Positions 30,339 to 40,231 of a stretch of DNA of 64,000 nt are shown here, piece after piece (the stretch's first letter is position 1; every line of letters starts with the position of its first letter). Source of the DNA: an uncultured Verrucomicrobiota bacterium (GTDB lineage Bacteria > Verrucomicrobiota > Verrucomicrobiia > Limisphaerales > UBA1319); contig CAYPCQ010000017.1 of NCBI GenBank assembly GCA_964409245.1, positions 21,765 to 85,764 of the forward strand, written 5' to 3'. The position numbers and the translations under genes were made by a program. Below the pieces are notes generated by a model, which was not told where the DNA came from, did no database searches, and was given only the letters and a program-made list of their open reading frames with translations.

Positions 30339-30658
30339 TGCCTCTATTGCAACCACTTCTTCCCGAGGCGGTCAAGTCTGAACGCACCCTGATTATCGGC
30401 AGAGGCAGATTTGATGGCATAGCGTGGCCAGGTCATTGCGGTTGGGAAGGGTGGGTTTCCCTTTGGCTTTCTCAATGGCCGGATGAGATTGCCAGGATGG
30501 TGCCTGGCCTTATCGATGGAAACCAGCGGAGGCGGGATCGGTGACGGTGGCCTCCCAAGGTGGACCCGCAAGCAGAAGAAAAAGATGCGCTGGCTGGAGG
30601 GGATCTGGCCCTGGCTGGCAACTTGACAATGGCTTGCGTGAAATTAAAGTGACGTTGA

Positions 30659-31861
30659 ATGTTAGCTCCAGTTGCAGCTATAAATGAAGGGCTTTCAGCA
30701 GAGCCTGAGTGCCCGGAATCGCTGAAGGAATTCGCTTCGGCGGGCCGTGGTTTTTGGGCCGATGTGCCGGATGCGGATTGGAACCAATGGCAATGGCAGT
30801 TGAAACACCGGATTACTTCCTTGAAGCAGTTGGAGCAATGGGTTCCAAACCTGACGGCCGAGGAACGCAGCGGTGCGGTGCTGGCCAACCATAAGCTGGC
30901 TTTGGCGATAACCCCTTATTTTTTCAGCCTCATTGATTGGTCCGACACGGGTTGCCCGATTCGCCGGCAGGTGATCCCCCGGGTGGAGGAAACGCAGGTG
31001 GGGGATTGGGAGATGTTGGATCCGTGCGGTGAGGATGAGCACTCGCCGGTTCCCGGACTGGTGCATCGTTATCCTGACCGGGTGCTGTTCCTGGTGACTG
31101 ACCGCTGCGCATCCTATTGCCGGTATTGCACGCGATCCCGCCTGGTGAGCAATGCCAGTGGGTATGATTTTCACCCGGAATTCGACCGGCAACTGGCCTA
31201 TATCCGGGAGCATCCCGGAATCCGGGACGTTTTGCTGAGTGGCGGAGATCCTTTGCTGTTAAGCGATGAACGGTTGGAATATCTCCTCGGACAGTTGCGA
31301 GTGATTCCGCACGTGGAGTTTTTACGGATCGGAACCCGCATTCCCATTTTTCTTCCGCAGCGCATCACTCCGGCGCTGGTGGCGGTGCTGAAGCAATTCC
31401 ATCCGCTTTTCATCAGCATTCATGCAAACCATCCACGGGAATTGACAAATGAGGTGCGGGTGGCTCTGGGCCGCCTGGCGGACGCTGGCATTCCCTTGGG
31501 CAACCAATCGGTCCTGCTGCGAGGGGTCAACGATGACCTTTGCACCATGCGGGCGCTGGTGCACAAACTGCTGATGTGCCGGGTCAAACCGTATTATCTG
31601 TATCAGTGCGACCTGATCGCGGGCTCCGCCCACCTGCGCACCAGTGTGCAGCGAGGACTGCAAATCATCCGCGGTTTGCGCGGACATACCACCGGTTATG
31701 CCATTCCCCAGTATGTCATCGATGCGCCTGGGGGCGGAGGCAAGGTGCCCATCAATCCCGATTATGTGTTAAGCCATAATGCTGATCGGGTGGTATTGCG
31801 CAACTACGAGGGGCGGATTTTCGAGTATCCGGAAACCGGCTCGGGAGTGTCCGAAGCCTGA
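30659..31861 (+). CDS. kamA: lysine 2,3-aminomutase family radical-SAM enzyme (KamA/AblA-like)
   Basis: CASYCRYCTRS (CxxxCxxC), WQWQLKHRI N-terminal motif, SGGDPL, and the PLP-lysine region GGGGKVP. Confidence 0.88.
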   Translation: MLAPVAAINEGLSAEPECPESLKEFASAGRGFWADVPDADWNQWQWQLKHRITSLKQLEQWVPNLTAEERSGAVLANHKLALAITPYFFSLIDWSDTGCPIRRQVIPRVEETQVGDWEMLDPCGEDEHSPVPGLVHRYPDRVLFLVTDRCASYCRYCTRSRLVSNASGYDFHPEFDRQLAYIREHPGIRDVLLSGGDPLLLSDERLEYLLGQLRVIPHVEFLRIGTRIPIFLPQRITPALVAVLKQFHPLFISIHANHPRELTNEVRVALGRLADAGIPLGNQSVLLRGVNDDLCTMRALVHKLLMCRVKPYYLYQCDLIAGSAHLRTSVQRGLQIIRGLRGHTTGYAIPQYVIDAPGGGGKVPINPDYVLSHNADRVVLRNYEGRIFEYPETGSGVSEA

Positions 31862-31899
31862 CATCCCTGTGAACCGGCGTTGAAAATCGGGGGGAATCC

Positions 31900-32550
31900 A
31901 TGGCTGAAAGCCTCGCCCGCAAGATCGCCCGCACCGCCTGCCTCATCGAGCGGTTCAAGCGGGCTTATCCTGATGCCCACTGCGAGTTGAACTATGGCAA
32001 TCCACTGGAGTTGCTGATCGCCACGATTCTTTCCGCCCGTTGCACCGACAAACAAGTAAACCTGGTGACGGCCGGCTTGTTTAAGAAATACCAGCGGGCT
32101 GCTGATTATGCCAGGGCGCCGCTCGCCGATTTGGAGCAGGACTTAAGACGTTTGGGGATGTTCCGGACCAAAGCCAGGAATATTCAGTCTTGTTGCGCGA
32201 TCCTGGAGCAAAAATATTCCGGCCAAGTGCCGCCTTCCATGGAGGAATTGATCCAGTTGGATGGGGTGGGGCGCAAGACCGCCAATGTGGTGCTGGGCAA
32301 TGCTTTCGGCCAAAACCACGGCGTGGTGGTGGATACCCATGTGAGCCGCCTGTCTGGCCGGTTGAAGCTTTCCGCCGAAAAGGATCCGGTGAAGATCGAG
32401 ATCGATCTGCAGAGTTTGGTGCCGCAAAACCAGTGGACGATCTTCAGCCATTGGCTGATCTGGCACGGCCGCCGCCGCTGTGGAGCCCGAAATCCCGATT
32501 GTCCCGGGTGCGAGCTCAAGGATCTTTGCCCCACCGCGGGCAAGGAGTGA
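31900..32550 (+). CDS. nth: endonuclease III
   Basis: HhH-GPD LDGVGRKTANVVL, catalytic D in VVVDTHV, C-terminal CX6CX2CX5C (CGARNPDCPGCELKDLC). Confidence 0.93.
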   Translation: MAESLARKIARTACLIERFKRAYPDAHCELNYGNPLELLIATILSARCTDKQVNLVTAGLFKKYQRAADYARAPLADLEQDLRRLGMFRTKARNIQSCCAILEQKYSGQVPPSMEELIQLDGVGRKTANVVLGNAFGQNHGVVVDTHVSRLSGRLKLSAEKDPVKIEIDLQSLVPQNQWTIFSHWLIWHGRRRCGARNPDCPGCELKDLCPTAGKE

Positions 32551-32566
32551 TTCAGCGGGGGGGGGC

Positions 32567-34972
32567 TTATTTCCCCACCTCGAACGCCCGCAATTCGCCG
32601 CAGGAGGAAAAGGCCTGGCGGGGATTATCGCCGCCACCGGGTTTGCCAATCACCCGGAGTCCCAAGACCGTGATGGGCACTGCCAGCCGGCAAGTAAAGC
32701 TTTCACCGCCTTTGAGTCCCGCCGGGTTGGTGGCAGTGGTCGCCGGATAGTCCGCCAAGATTCCCACCTCCTGCCAGGAGCCACCTTTTGTGGTTTGCAC
32801 CTGCACTCTGGGCCGGCCGTCGGAAACGTCAAACCAGCCTCCATCGTGAAAGGTTTGACCATGCACGAAGGAAATCCGGTCCATGGCTGATGGTTCATCC
32901 AAGGCAACCGCATACCAATCTTCAGCTGCCGGATGACCGTCGAAAGTCACCACCAGGCTTTGCGGATCCTCGTCATTGATGGAGCCGTTCACGTTCCCGG
33001 CTCGTGACCGGCTCTCCTGGCCGAAGAAGAGCGGGTTGCCGGAAGCGGAGGATCGGTATAGCGGCAGCCACACCTTGTAAGCGGAACCGGTGCCGCCCGC
33101 GTCGGCAAAAGGCAACAGCTCAATTTCCATCGGCAAGCCACGCCGGCGCGAAACCGCCTGGACTTGAAACGCCAGCGCGGCTGCCCAAGACTGGAAAACT
33201 TTAGGGGGGCGGGTTGGTTTGACCGCCAGGCTGGCCAAATCGGAGCTGGCCAGGGCCACCAGGTTGAGCACCCGGTTTGGGGTGCCCAGCAAAGCCTCGT
33301 CCGCCGCGAGCACCAAGGGGCCGTAAAGCAAGGCGGCCTTGCCTTCGTTTTTGTGATCTCCCACCACCACCCGCGGCGCGAGTGGGAAATTCAAATCCAT
33401 TTGGTCGCCAGGACTCCATTCCCGCCGGAAACAGGCGTAACCATCCACTGATGGCGGAGTATCAACGTCCCGTCCATTAACTTGGAAGGCCGGCTGTTGG
33501 CACCAGGCGGGAATGCGGACTTTCACTGCAAATTCTTTTCTGGCGCCGGGTTGGATCGCGAGATGGATCCGGCCATGGCTGGGATATTCGGTGGTCGTGC
33601 TGAACCCCACAGCGGTGCCATCCCGCAGGCGAAGCCTGGCCCGCCCGGAATCGAACAAGTTGAGGACTACGCCATCGCCATCCACGGCCGCCGCGAAAGA
33701 GGGTATCAAGGCCACGCCGCGGGGGCCGCTCGAGAGACAGCAGTGGCCGTCCAAGGTTGCGCTATAGGGTTTTTTACCTTCCATCTGGACATAATATCCC
33801 CAAGCCGAACCATCACCTTTCTGAGCGCCGAAGAGCTGGTTCAAAACCACCCGCTCCAATTGCTCCGCAAAACGAGCTTCACCGGTCAATCGCAATAAAT
33901 GGGTGTTGAACTGCAGCCAGGTGACGGTGACGCAGGTTTCTCCCACGCTGGCCACATTGGGCAAATCGAAGTTGTCATGGAAAAGCTCCCCATAGCTGGC
34001 GGCCCCGGTGAGATAAAGGCGCTGGTCCACAATATCCCGCCAGGCATTAAGGCAGGCGTCGAGAATCCGGCGGTCCCCGCCCACCGTCCGATAATATTCC
34101 AAGGCCCCATTGAGGCAGGACAACATTTCGTAAGCCTTGCCATTACCCACCTTATCGACCCTTTTGGCTCGCAGCAGGGTTGAAACGATTTTAGGGCCGT
34201 TCGGCTGCTCCCAGGCGCGCAGAATGTATTGGCAAAATTCCAAGTAGCGTGGTTCGCCAGTCAGGCGGTAAAGCCACACCATGGACTCCAGAACGCTGGT
34301 GGGCGCCATGCCCACGTGGTGCCCGGCCTGGATGATGTCTCTTTTTCCCGGCGTGTCCCCAAAAGTGTTGCACAACAAGTCGCCCATGCGCCTGCAAACA
34401 GGCAGTGGTTCCAGGTTGCCAGTGTAGCGCAGATACGTGAGAAGCCCGATCAGATTGTATTTATGGGCCCAAACATCCCATTCCGTCCACCGGTCTTGAG
34501 GCAGGTAAGTGCCCAGGTAGCCGTCCGCCAACTGGCACCGGGATAATTCAGCCACGGTTTGGTCCAGCTTCCGGCGCAAGGTGGCATCGCCGGTATTAAT
34601 CCAGGCCAGGGTGGCGGCGTGCAGCCATTTGCCCACATGCTCGCCATCCCAGGATTGTCGGCCGGGCCGTCGCCGGTAACCTTCCAGCAACCGGTCCGTA
34701 TCGATTTTCGACAGGCGGTTTTCCGCGTTGGCGGCGATGCGCGAACCCAGCCACCCGGATAATTCCAGGCAATCAGGCTGGGTGAAGTCCTGCCGGTCGG
34801 CAATCTGGCAGGCAACCTTATCAGCCACCGGAATGATAGCTGGCCGATTCTGGCGGATTGCCGGGGCCTGGCCCGGAATAGCCATTACCTGACGTGAGTC
34901 ATCCCCAGCCGCGAGCGTGCCATGTGCCAAACCCGCGAGGAGCGCGGAAACCATGAATGTTGCAAGTTTCAT
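32567..34972 (-). CDS. DUF1680 (GH127/GH146-like) glycoside hydrolase with C-terminal discoidin-like domain
   Basis: 801 aa with a signal peptide. Contains HVGKWLHAATLAW, (alpha/alpha)6-like repeats, DGHCCLSSGPRG in place of the CCPPN motif, and a C-terminal INDE...LRVIG domain. Confidence 0.8.
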   Translation of the reverse strand: MKLATFMVSALLAGLAHGTLAAGDDSRQVMAIPGQAPAIRQNRPAIIPVADKVACQIADRQDFTQPDCLELSGWLGSRIAANAENRLSKIDTDRLLEGYRRRPGRQSWDGEHVGKWLHAATLAWINTGDATLRRKLDQTVAELSRCQLADGYLGTYLPQDRWTEWDVWAHKYNLIGLLTYLRYTGNLEPLPVCRRMGDLLCNTFGDTPGKRDIIQAGHHVGMAPTSVLESMVWLYRLTGEPRYLEFCQYILRAWEQPNGPKIVSTLLRAKRVDKVGNGKAYEMLSCLNGALEYYRTVGGDRRILDACLNAWRDIVDQRLYLTGAASYGELFHDNFDLPNVASVGETCVTVTWLQFNTHLLRLTGEARFAEQLERVVLNQLFGAQKGDGSAWGYYVQMEGKKPYSATLDGHCCLSSGPRGVALIPSFAAAVDGDGVVLNLFDSGRARLRLRDGTAVGFSTTTEYPSHGRIHLAIQPGARKEFAVKVRIPAWCQQPAFQVNGRDVDTPPSVDGYACFRREWSPGDQMDLNFPLAPRVVVGDHKNEGKAALLYGPLVLAADEALLGTPNRVLNLVALASSDLASLAVKPTRPPKVFQSWAAALAFQVQAVSRRRGLPMEIELLPFADAGGTGSAYKVWLPLYRSSASGNPLFFGQESRSRAGNVNGSINDEDPQSLVVTFDGHPAAEDWYAVALDEPSAMDRISFVHGQTFHDGGWFDVSDGRPRVQVQTTKGGSWQEVGILADYPATTATNPAGLKGGESFTCRLAVPITVLGLRVIGKPGGGDNPRQAFSSCGELRAFEVGK

Positions 34973-35023
34973 AACAAACTCCGCTGCCAGGCGTCCGGGA
35001 TCGGGCTAACGCGTTAACTAAAG

Positions 35024-35521
35024 CTAAACGAGCTGCAATCTTTCATCGCTCCCCAGCATGGCTTCCAAGTTGGGCCAACTGGCGGTGTTCATGGCGCAAA
35101 ATCCGCTCAAGTAAATGATGACGCGTTCTTTTGGGTGTTTGGCCAGAAGGGCATCCACTGCGGATTTCAAAAGAGCGTCCTCGATGGTGGTGGGGAAATC
35201 CTCGACGATGCCGTCCTTGTGCTGGATTTGGAGCAGGTCCAGAAATTCCTTGAGCATGGTGCTTTCGGATTTGAGGAGCCAGTTGCGGAGGAGGTCGGCG
35301 GAGACGGTTTCCATGCGGGGCCGGCTCAACATTTCGAGCATGTCCTTGTGGCGCTCGGAACGGGGCTTGCGCTCATAGAAGATCGGCCGCAGTTTTCTGG
35401 CCTCAGCCACGGCCACCAGGATACCCCGGTAAACCGGCTTTTCGTTTTTATAAACAAAATCCAAGATCTCCTGGGCCAACCCAGGCGTCATAAATCCAAA
35501 CAACTCATGGCACTTCAGCAT
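35024..35521 (-). CDS. hypothetical protein (165 aa)
   Basis: Clean ORF with coding-like composition, co-directional with the upstream PDZ protein. No motif recognised. Confidence 0.55.
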   Translation of the reverse strand: MLKCHELFGFMTPGLAQEILDFVYKNEKPVYRGILVAVAEARKLRPIFYERKPRSERHKDMLEMLSRPRMETVSADLLRNWLLKSESTMLKEFLDLLQIQHKDGIVEDFPTTIEDALLKSAVDALLAKHPKERVIIYLSGFCAMNTASWPNLEAMLGSDERLQLV

Positions 35522-35697
35522 GGTTCCTTTCCGTCCCGCATCAAACCGGATCGCTTGGTGGCTTCAAGCCACCGGGCAACTCCGGGCGAGTTGCCGATTC
35601 AGTTGTTTACCATGCCTGTGGCTCGTGGCAAGCCGAAGATTGGCCAGCTAGTGGTTCCTCAGGCCGATTTTACATCTTTCACGGTCTCCGGGGACGG

Positions 35698-37851
35698 TCA
35701 TTGGCCGCCAGTGAGCTTGACGATCCGGCCTTTATCCATCCGTTTAATCGAAAGGCGCAATTCGCCCGGTTGCGTGGAGAGCTTTTGGAACTCCTTCACG
35801 CTGGCCAGAGGTTGATCATTCACATGAGTGATCAATTCAAAAGGCTTGATGCCGGCCACGGCGGCCTTGCTGCCTTGCTCCACTTTGGAAATGACCACTC
35901 CGGGTTCCTCGGAGCCGCGCTGCAAATAGCGGCGCACCTCGTAAGTGAGGTTCTTCACCGTGACACCCAGATTGTCGGCTTTATACCGCTCCGCGGCATC
36001 AAAATGGGCGGGGCTCGCCTCGACTTTGAAGTTGCAGTTGGTCAACTGGCTGTTTTTCACGAATTCAAGGTTGAATTCAGCGCCAAAACCAAGGCCGGTC
36101 AGCAACCGGATGAAATTATTTTCCGGTGATGGCCAGGGAGATGGAATCCGGTCGAGGAACTGGTCCGGCACTTCATCGAGCCGATCCCAAGGGAAATCCT
36201 GCAGGCGCTGGCGGTCATCTTCAATCTTGATGTCGATGGCGGAGGGTTGGGCATGGCTGCGCACGCGCAACAGAATACTGCCCGGTTCCAGCCCGGTTTT
36301 GGCGGCGGGAGATCCTTCGTAAACATAGGTAACCAAGGCTCCAGTTTCGCCATCGCGTGTTTCATCCGAAACCTTGTTCACCCGGGCGAGATCCTTGTTC
36401 AAGGGTTGCAGTTCCACGCCCAGCCAGGCCAGGCGGCTGTCTTCGGCTTCGGTGAGGGGCACGTTGGCAGGATCAGAGGACTCGCTCAACTTGGCGAGCG
36501 AATCCAGGACGTAGCGAAAAGGAGTGGAGATTGCTTCATTGGCGGCTTCGTGGAACTCTTCGATGGAAAGGGTTTGACGTTCCTTCAGGGGCATGGCCAG
36601 CAAGTTGCCACTCCAGTCAAACAAAAACGTGCGGGCGTAATCCCCCACCAACTCCGGGTAAGGACGGCCTTGGGCGCGGAGTTTGTAGAAGGAGATGCCG
36701 CCCGGTTGGTAGAAACCCACCCTTTTGCCGCCTTGCACGTTCAAATCGACGAATAAAATCCGCTCGTCACGGTAAGTCACAATGTTCCGGCCACTGTCAC
36801 CGATCACCTTGGGGAGGGGGGATTCCAGTTTGGCCAGAAAACAACCAAAATGCTTGAGCGAGGCATGGAAACGGGCCTCGACCGGCGATCCGTTGGCGGG
36901 ATGGACGGTGATTTTTTCCAGACGCGCGGTGGTTTTTGATTTCAAACTGGCCAGCACCAGGATCTGATCTGGTTTAACAGCCACACCCAACGCACTCTGC
37001 TCAGTGGCATTGTCATCCTCTGCGCCCATGGGGGCAAACCGCATTTGCTGATCCGGGCGCTGCTTTGGGCTGCGGAAGCCGAGGGTTACTTTCAGCAACG
37101 TCTGGCTGGTCGATTTTTCCAGCTCCAGCAGGTGTTCCTGAACGGTTTCCAAGGGTGCCCAAATCCAGTCCAGCGGGGTGCCTTTCCAGGAGCCGTCCAG
37201 GGGTAGTTCGCCATCGAATTGCAGGCCCACGGGGATTCCCCGGCTGTCCAGGATCAAGCCTGGTGCAGGGGGCGTTACGATGGCGACGCTATTGGCGCGA
37301 ACAGCGACGGCGTTGGCGAGGGGGGTGAGACTTTGGAGCCATTCGCCGTTTCCCGACAGGAAATGATCCAAAAGGAATGGTTCCTCACCCCGGGTGTCGA
37401 ACTGCAAGGGACGGGCGCCCGGCAAGGGGGCGGATAATTCCAGCATCAAGGCCAGTTTGTGGCGCGCGTAAGCCGACAACCGCGCAGATACACTGGCGCT
37501 GCCCAGGCGCACCCGTATTGACTGGATGAAACGAGGGTGAACCAGGGGATCTTCCAGGACCACTTTCCGATCCGCTAGCAGGTAGCCTGCCAGGGCCAGC
37601 GGGCGTTCTTCCTGGAGCATTTCAGCGGCTTGATCCACGTGGAATTTGCCACAGCTGGGGCAGCGCTCAAGCAGGCCCGCCCCGCGGGGTGTTTCGCCTT
37701 TGTCCTTTTGCAGCTGGAATTCCACCACCAACAGGGATGGCGCCAGATTGGTGGCGGTGGTGACGGCGGTGGACGCCGAAGGTGCCTGGGCGGAATGAGC
37801 TGCCAGGCCGGCCATAAGCCACAGGGCCGATGCGGAAAAAATAGTTTTCAT
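35698..37851 (-). CDS. secreted PDZ-domain protein with large uncharacterised N-terminal region
   Basis: Start set at MKTIFSASALWLMAGLAAHSAQA (signal peptide; reverse-strand ATG 37851-37849). The C-terminal third has two PDZ-like segments (GALVTYVYEGSPAAKTGLEPGSILLRV; GVVISKVEQGSKAAVAGIKPFELITHVNDQPL). Confidence 0.7.
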   Translation of the reverse strand: MKTIFSASALWLMAGLAAHSAQAPSASTAVTTATNLAPSLLVVEFQLQKDKGETPRGAGLLERCPSCGKFHVDQAAEMLQEERPLALAGYLLADRKVVLEDPLVHPRFIQSIRVRLGSASVSARLSAYARHKLALMLELSAPLPGARPLQFDTRGEEPFLLDHFLSGNGEWLQSLTPLANAVAVRANSVAIVTPPAPGLILDSRGIPVGLQFDGELPLDGSWKGTPLDWIWAPLETVQEHLLELEKSTSQTLLKVTLGFRSPKQRPDQQMRFAPMGAEDDNATEQSALGVAVKPDQILVLASLKSKTTARLEKITVHPANGSPVEARFHASLKHFGCFLAKLESPLPKVIGDSGRNIVTYRDERILFVDLNVQGGKRVGFYQPGGISFYKLRAQGRPYPELVGDYARTFLFDWSGNLLAMPLKERQTLSIEEFHEAANEAISTPFRYVLDSLAKLSESSDPANVPLTEAEDSRLAWLGVELQPLNKDLARVNKVSDETRDGETGALVTYVYEGSPAAKTGLEPGSILLRVRSHAQPSAIDIKIEDDRQRLQDFPWDRLDEVPDQFLDRIPSPWPSPENNFIRLLTGLGFGAEFNLEFVKNSQLTNCNFKVEASPAHFDAAERYKADNLGVTVKNLTYEVRRYLQRGSEEPGVVISKVEQGSKAAVAGIKPFELITHVNDQPLASVKEFQKLSTQPGELRLSIKRMDKGRIVKLTGGQ

Positions 37852-38099
37852 TGGTTTATTGAGCAATCTGATACTACAAACTGATCGTTGCGTGTCAACC
37901 ACCGGAGCCATTGGCGCGCGGCGGCTATCCAGTCCCATGGTTGAGCCAGGGCGGCGGCTGTGGAGTGGAAGCGCTTTTCCCTGGCTGGGCTGGCGATTTT
38001 CCACTGTTTTGATGGATTGGATTGGGGGCGCCATAATCGGGCAGTTGGAAAATCCTTGCCGGCGATGCCGGACTTCCGCCATTGTTCTGCCGTTTGCCA

Positions 38100-39263
38100 A
38101 TGAATGCTGGTGTGACCATTGTTCCGCTGCCTAGCACAGCCCGCGAGGTGGATCGATTTTTGCGGGTGAGCTATGGGATTTACGCAGGCGACCCGAATTG
38201 GGTGGCCCCGATGCTGATGGACCTTAAAACCGTCTTCAGCGCACGGAATCCTTTTTTCCAGCACGCGGAGATGGCCTTGTGGGTGGCCCAGGTTGGGGGG
38301 CGGGATGTGGGCCGGATCGCGGGCATCGTGGATCACAATTACAACCAATATCACCATGAGCAGGTGGCCTTTTTTGGTTTTTTTGAATGCATTGACGATG
38401 CGCAGGTGAGTCGTGCGCTGTTTAACACGGCGGTTGACTGGGCGGGCAAGAAAGGGGCGCTGCGGATTCTTGGCCCCACCAACCCTTCCACCAACGACGA
38501 GGCGGGGCTGCTGATGCGGGGCTTCGACTCCCCCCCGGTTTTCATGATGACCTACAATCCATCTTACTATAAAAAACTGATCGAAAACGAGTCTTTCTAT
38601 AAAATCAAGGATCTGCACGCCTACTTGATCGACCTGAAGCAAAGTCCCGTGCAACGCCTGGAGCGCATCTCCAGCATCTTCGATCAGCGGCAGCAGCCCA
38701 TCCGCGTGCGGGCCGTGAAGAAGAAAAACCTGCGGGTGGACTTGGGCGGAATCCGGGAGGTTTATAACTCAGCTTGGGAGGACAATTGGGGCTTTGTGCC
38801 AATGACCAGCGGCGAAATGGAATTAATGGCGGAACGTCTGCTGCCCCTGTTCCGCGAAGGCTTGGTGTGGCTGGCCGAAACCGATGATGAACCGGTGGCC
38901 TTTTTGTTGGCGCTGCCGGATTTCAACGAGGCCATTCAGCCATTGCGGGGCAGGCTGTTATCCCCGGGGCTTTGGAAATTCCTGCCGTATTACCTCGACT
39001 GGAAGCGGCCACGAGTATTGCGGGTGGTGGCCCTCGGCGTCAAAAAGAAATACCGCTGGAAGGGGATCGAATCAGTGATGTTTTCGCGCACCTTGCAATA
39101 TGCCATCCGCGCCGGCTATGAGGCGGGTGAAGCATCCTGGATCCTGGAGGATAACATCAAGGTGCAGCGCTTGATCCAGCTTTTTGGGGGCCAGCCTTAC
39201 AAGACTTACCGGCTATACGAGCGGTTGTTGGGGGTTGGCCAGCCGGTTATGCAGCCTCTTTGA
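38100..39263 (+). CDS. GNAT-like N-acetyltransferase family protein (about 387 aa)
   Basis: The FLRVSYGIYAGDPNWVAPML...NPFFQHAEMALWVA...GRIAGIVDHNYN...FFGFFE...GPTNPSTNDEAGLL pattern is known from a conserved acyl-CoA N-acyltransferase-like family. Start at ATG 38100. Confidence 0.65.
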   Translation: MNAGVTIVPLPSTAREVDRFLRVSYGIYAGDPNWVAPMLMDLKTVFSARNPFFQHAEMALWVAQVGGRDVGRIAGIVDHNYNQYHHEQVAFFGFFECIDDAQVSRALFNTAVDWAGKKGALRILGPTNPSTNDEAGLLMRGFDSPPVFMMTYNPSYYKKLIENESFYKIKDLHAYLIDLKQSPVQRLERISSIFDQRQQPIRVRAVKKKNLRVDLGGIREVYNSAWEDNWGFVPMTSGEMELMAERLLPLFREGLVWLAETDDEPVAFLLALPDFNEAIQPLRGRLLSPGLWKFLPYYLDWKRPRVLRVVALGVKKKYRWKGIESVMFSRTLQYAIRAGYEAGEASWILEDNIKVQRLIQLFGGQPYKTYRLYERLLGVGQPVMQPL

Positions 39264-39350
39264 ATGGGCGTTTTCTCAGCGGTTTTTCGGGGGCCTTGAG
39301 GCGCCCATTCCAGGCTTGAATTCCGAGATGTTTCGGCCAGCATGTGAACC

Positions 39351-40190
39351 ATGAGAATTTCCGAAGTTACGGCCCTTTTCGCCTGCCTGCTGTTCTCCGT
39401 ATGCAGCCCCGCTTGGGCTTCGGGAGCGGAGCGTAAAATTTACGTCATCACGGACCTGGAGGGGATCAGTGGAGTGTTTTCTTTTGCCCAAACCCGCGAG
39501 ACGGAAACGCCCCTGGCGCGGCAGGCCCGGGAATATTTCATGGGCGATGTGGCGGCGGTGGTCCGCGGCTTGCGGGACGGTGGAGCCACCGAAGTTGTGG
39601 TGCTCGATGGGCATGGGAACCAGGCGATCATCCCCCACTTGATGGAGCCGGGGGCGAAGTATATCACCGGCCTGCCCAGACCCCAAATTTTTCCTGGATT
39701 GGATCAAACTTGTGCGGGGTTGGTGTTGCTGGGCTATCATGCCATGATGGGCACCCCGGATGGGGTGTTGCACCATACGCAATCCAGCAAGAGCGAAAAC
39801 CGTTATTGGTATAATGGAGTGGAATCCGGGGAGTTGGCCCAATGCGCCGCAGTGGCGGCTCATTTCGGAGTGCCGCCGATCTTGGTAACCGGGGACGATG
39901 CAACTTGCCGCGAAGCGGAACGCTTTTTTGGAGACGCCTGCGTCAAAGTGGCGGTTAAGAAGGGGCTCTCGCGGGAAAGCGCCATGTTATACCCTTTCGA
40001 GGAAACCCGCCGTGCCTTATACGCCGGTGCGGTAAAGGCCATGGCGGCGATTCCGGACTGCAAACCGTATCAGATCGCAACTCCCATCAAGGCGAAAAAA
40101 CAGTTCCTGACCTTTGAAGGATCCGCCACTCCCAAGCAGGTAACCAAGGAGGGCCTGATCGAATCGGTGGAACGGCTCCTGGAATTTTAA
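39351..40190 (+). CDS. M55 family metallopeptidase (D-aminopeptidase DppA-like), with signal peptide
   Basis: YVITDLEGISGV, VVVLDGHG, GYHAMMG. Confidence 0.8.
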   Translation: MRISEVTALFACLLFSVCSPAWASGAERKIYVITDLEGISGVFSFAQTRETETPLARQAREYFMGDVAAVVRGLRDGGATEVVVLDGHGNQAIIPHLMEPGAKYITGLPRPQIFPGLDQTCAGLVLLGYHAMMGTPDGVLHHTQSSKSENRYWYNGVESGELAQCAAVAAHFGVPPILVTGDDATCREAERFFGDACVKVAVKKGLSRESAMLYPFEETRRALYAGAVKAMAAIPDCKPYQIATPIKAKKQFLTFEGSATPKQVTKEGLIESVERLLEF

Positions 40191-40231
40191 CTTCGCCCCG
40201 CCGGTTGGCAGTTCGACCTCCGTAAAGGCCG

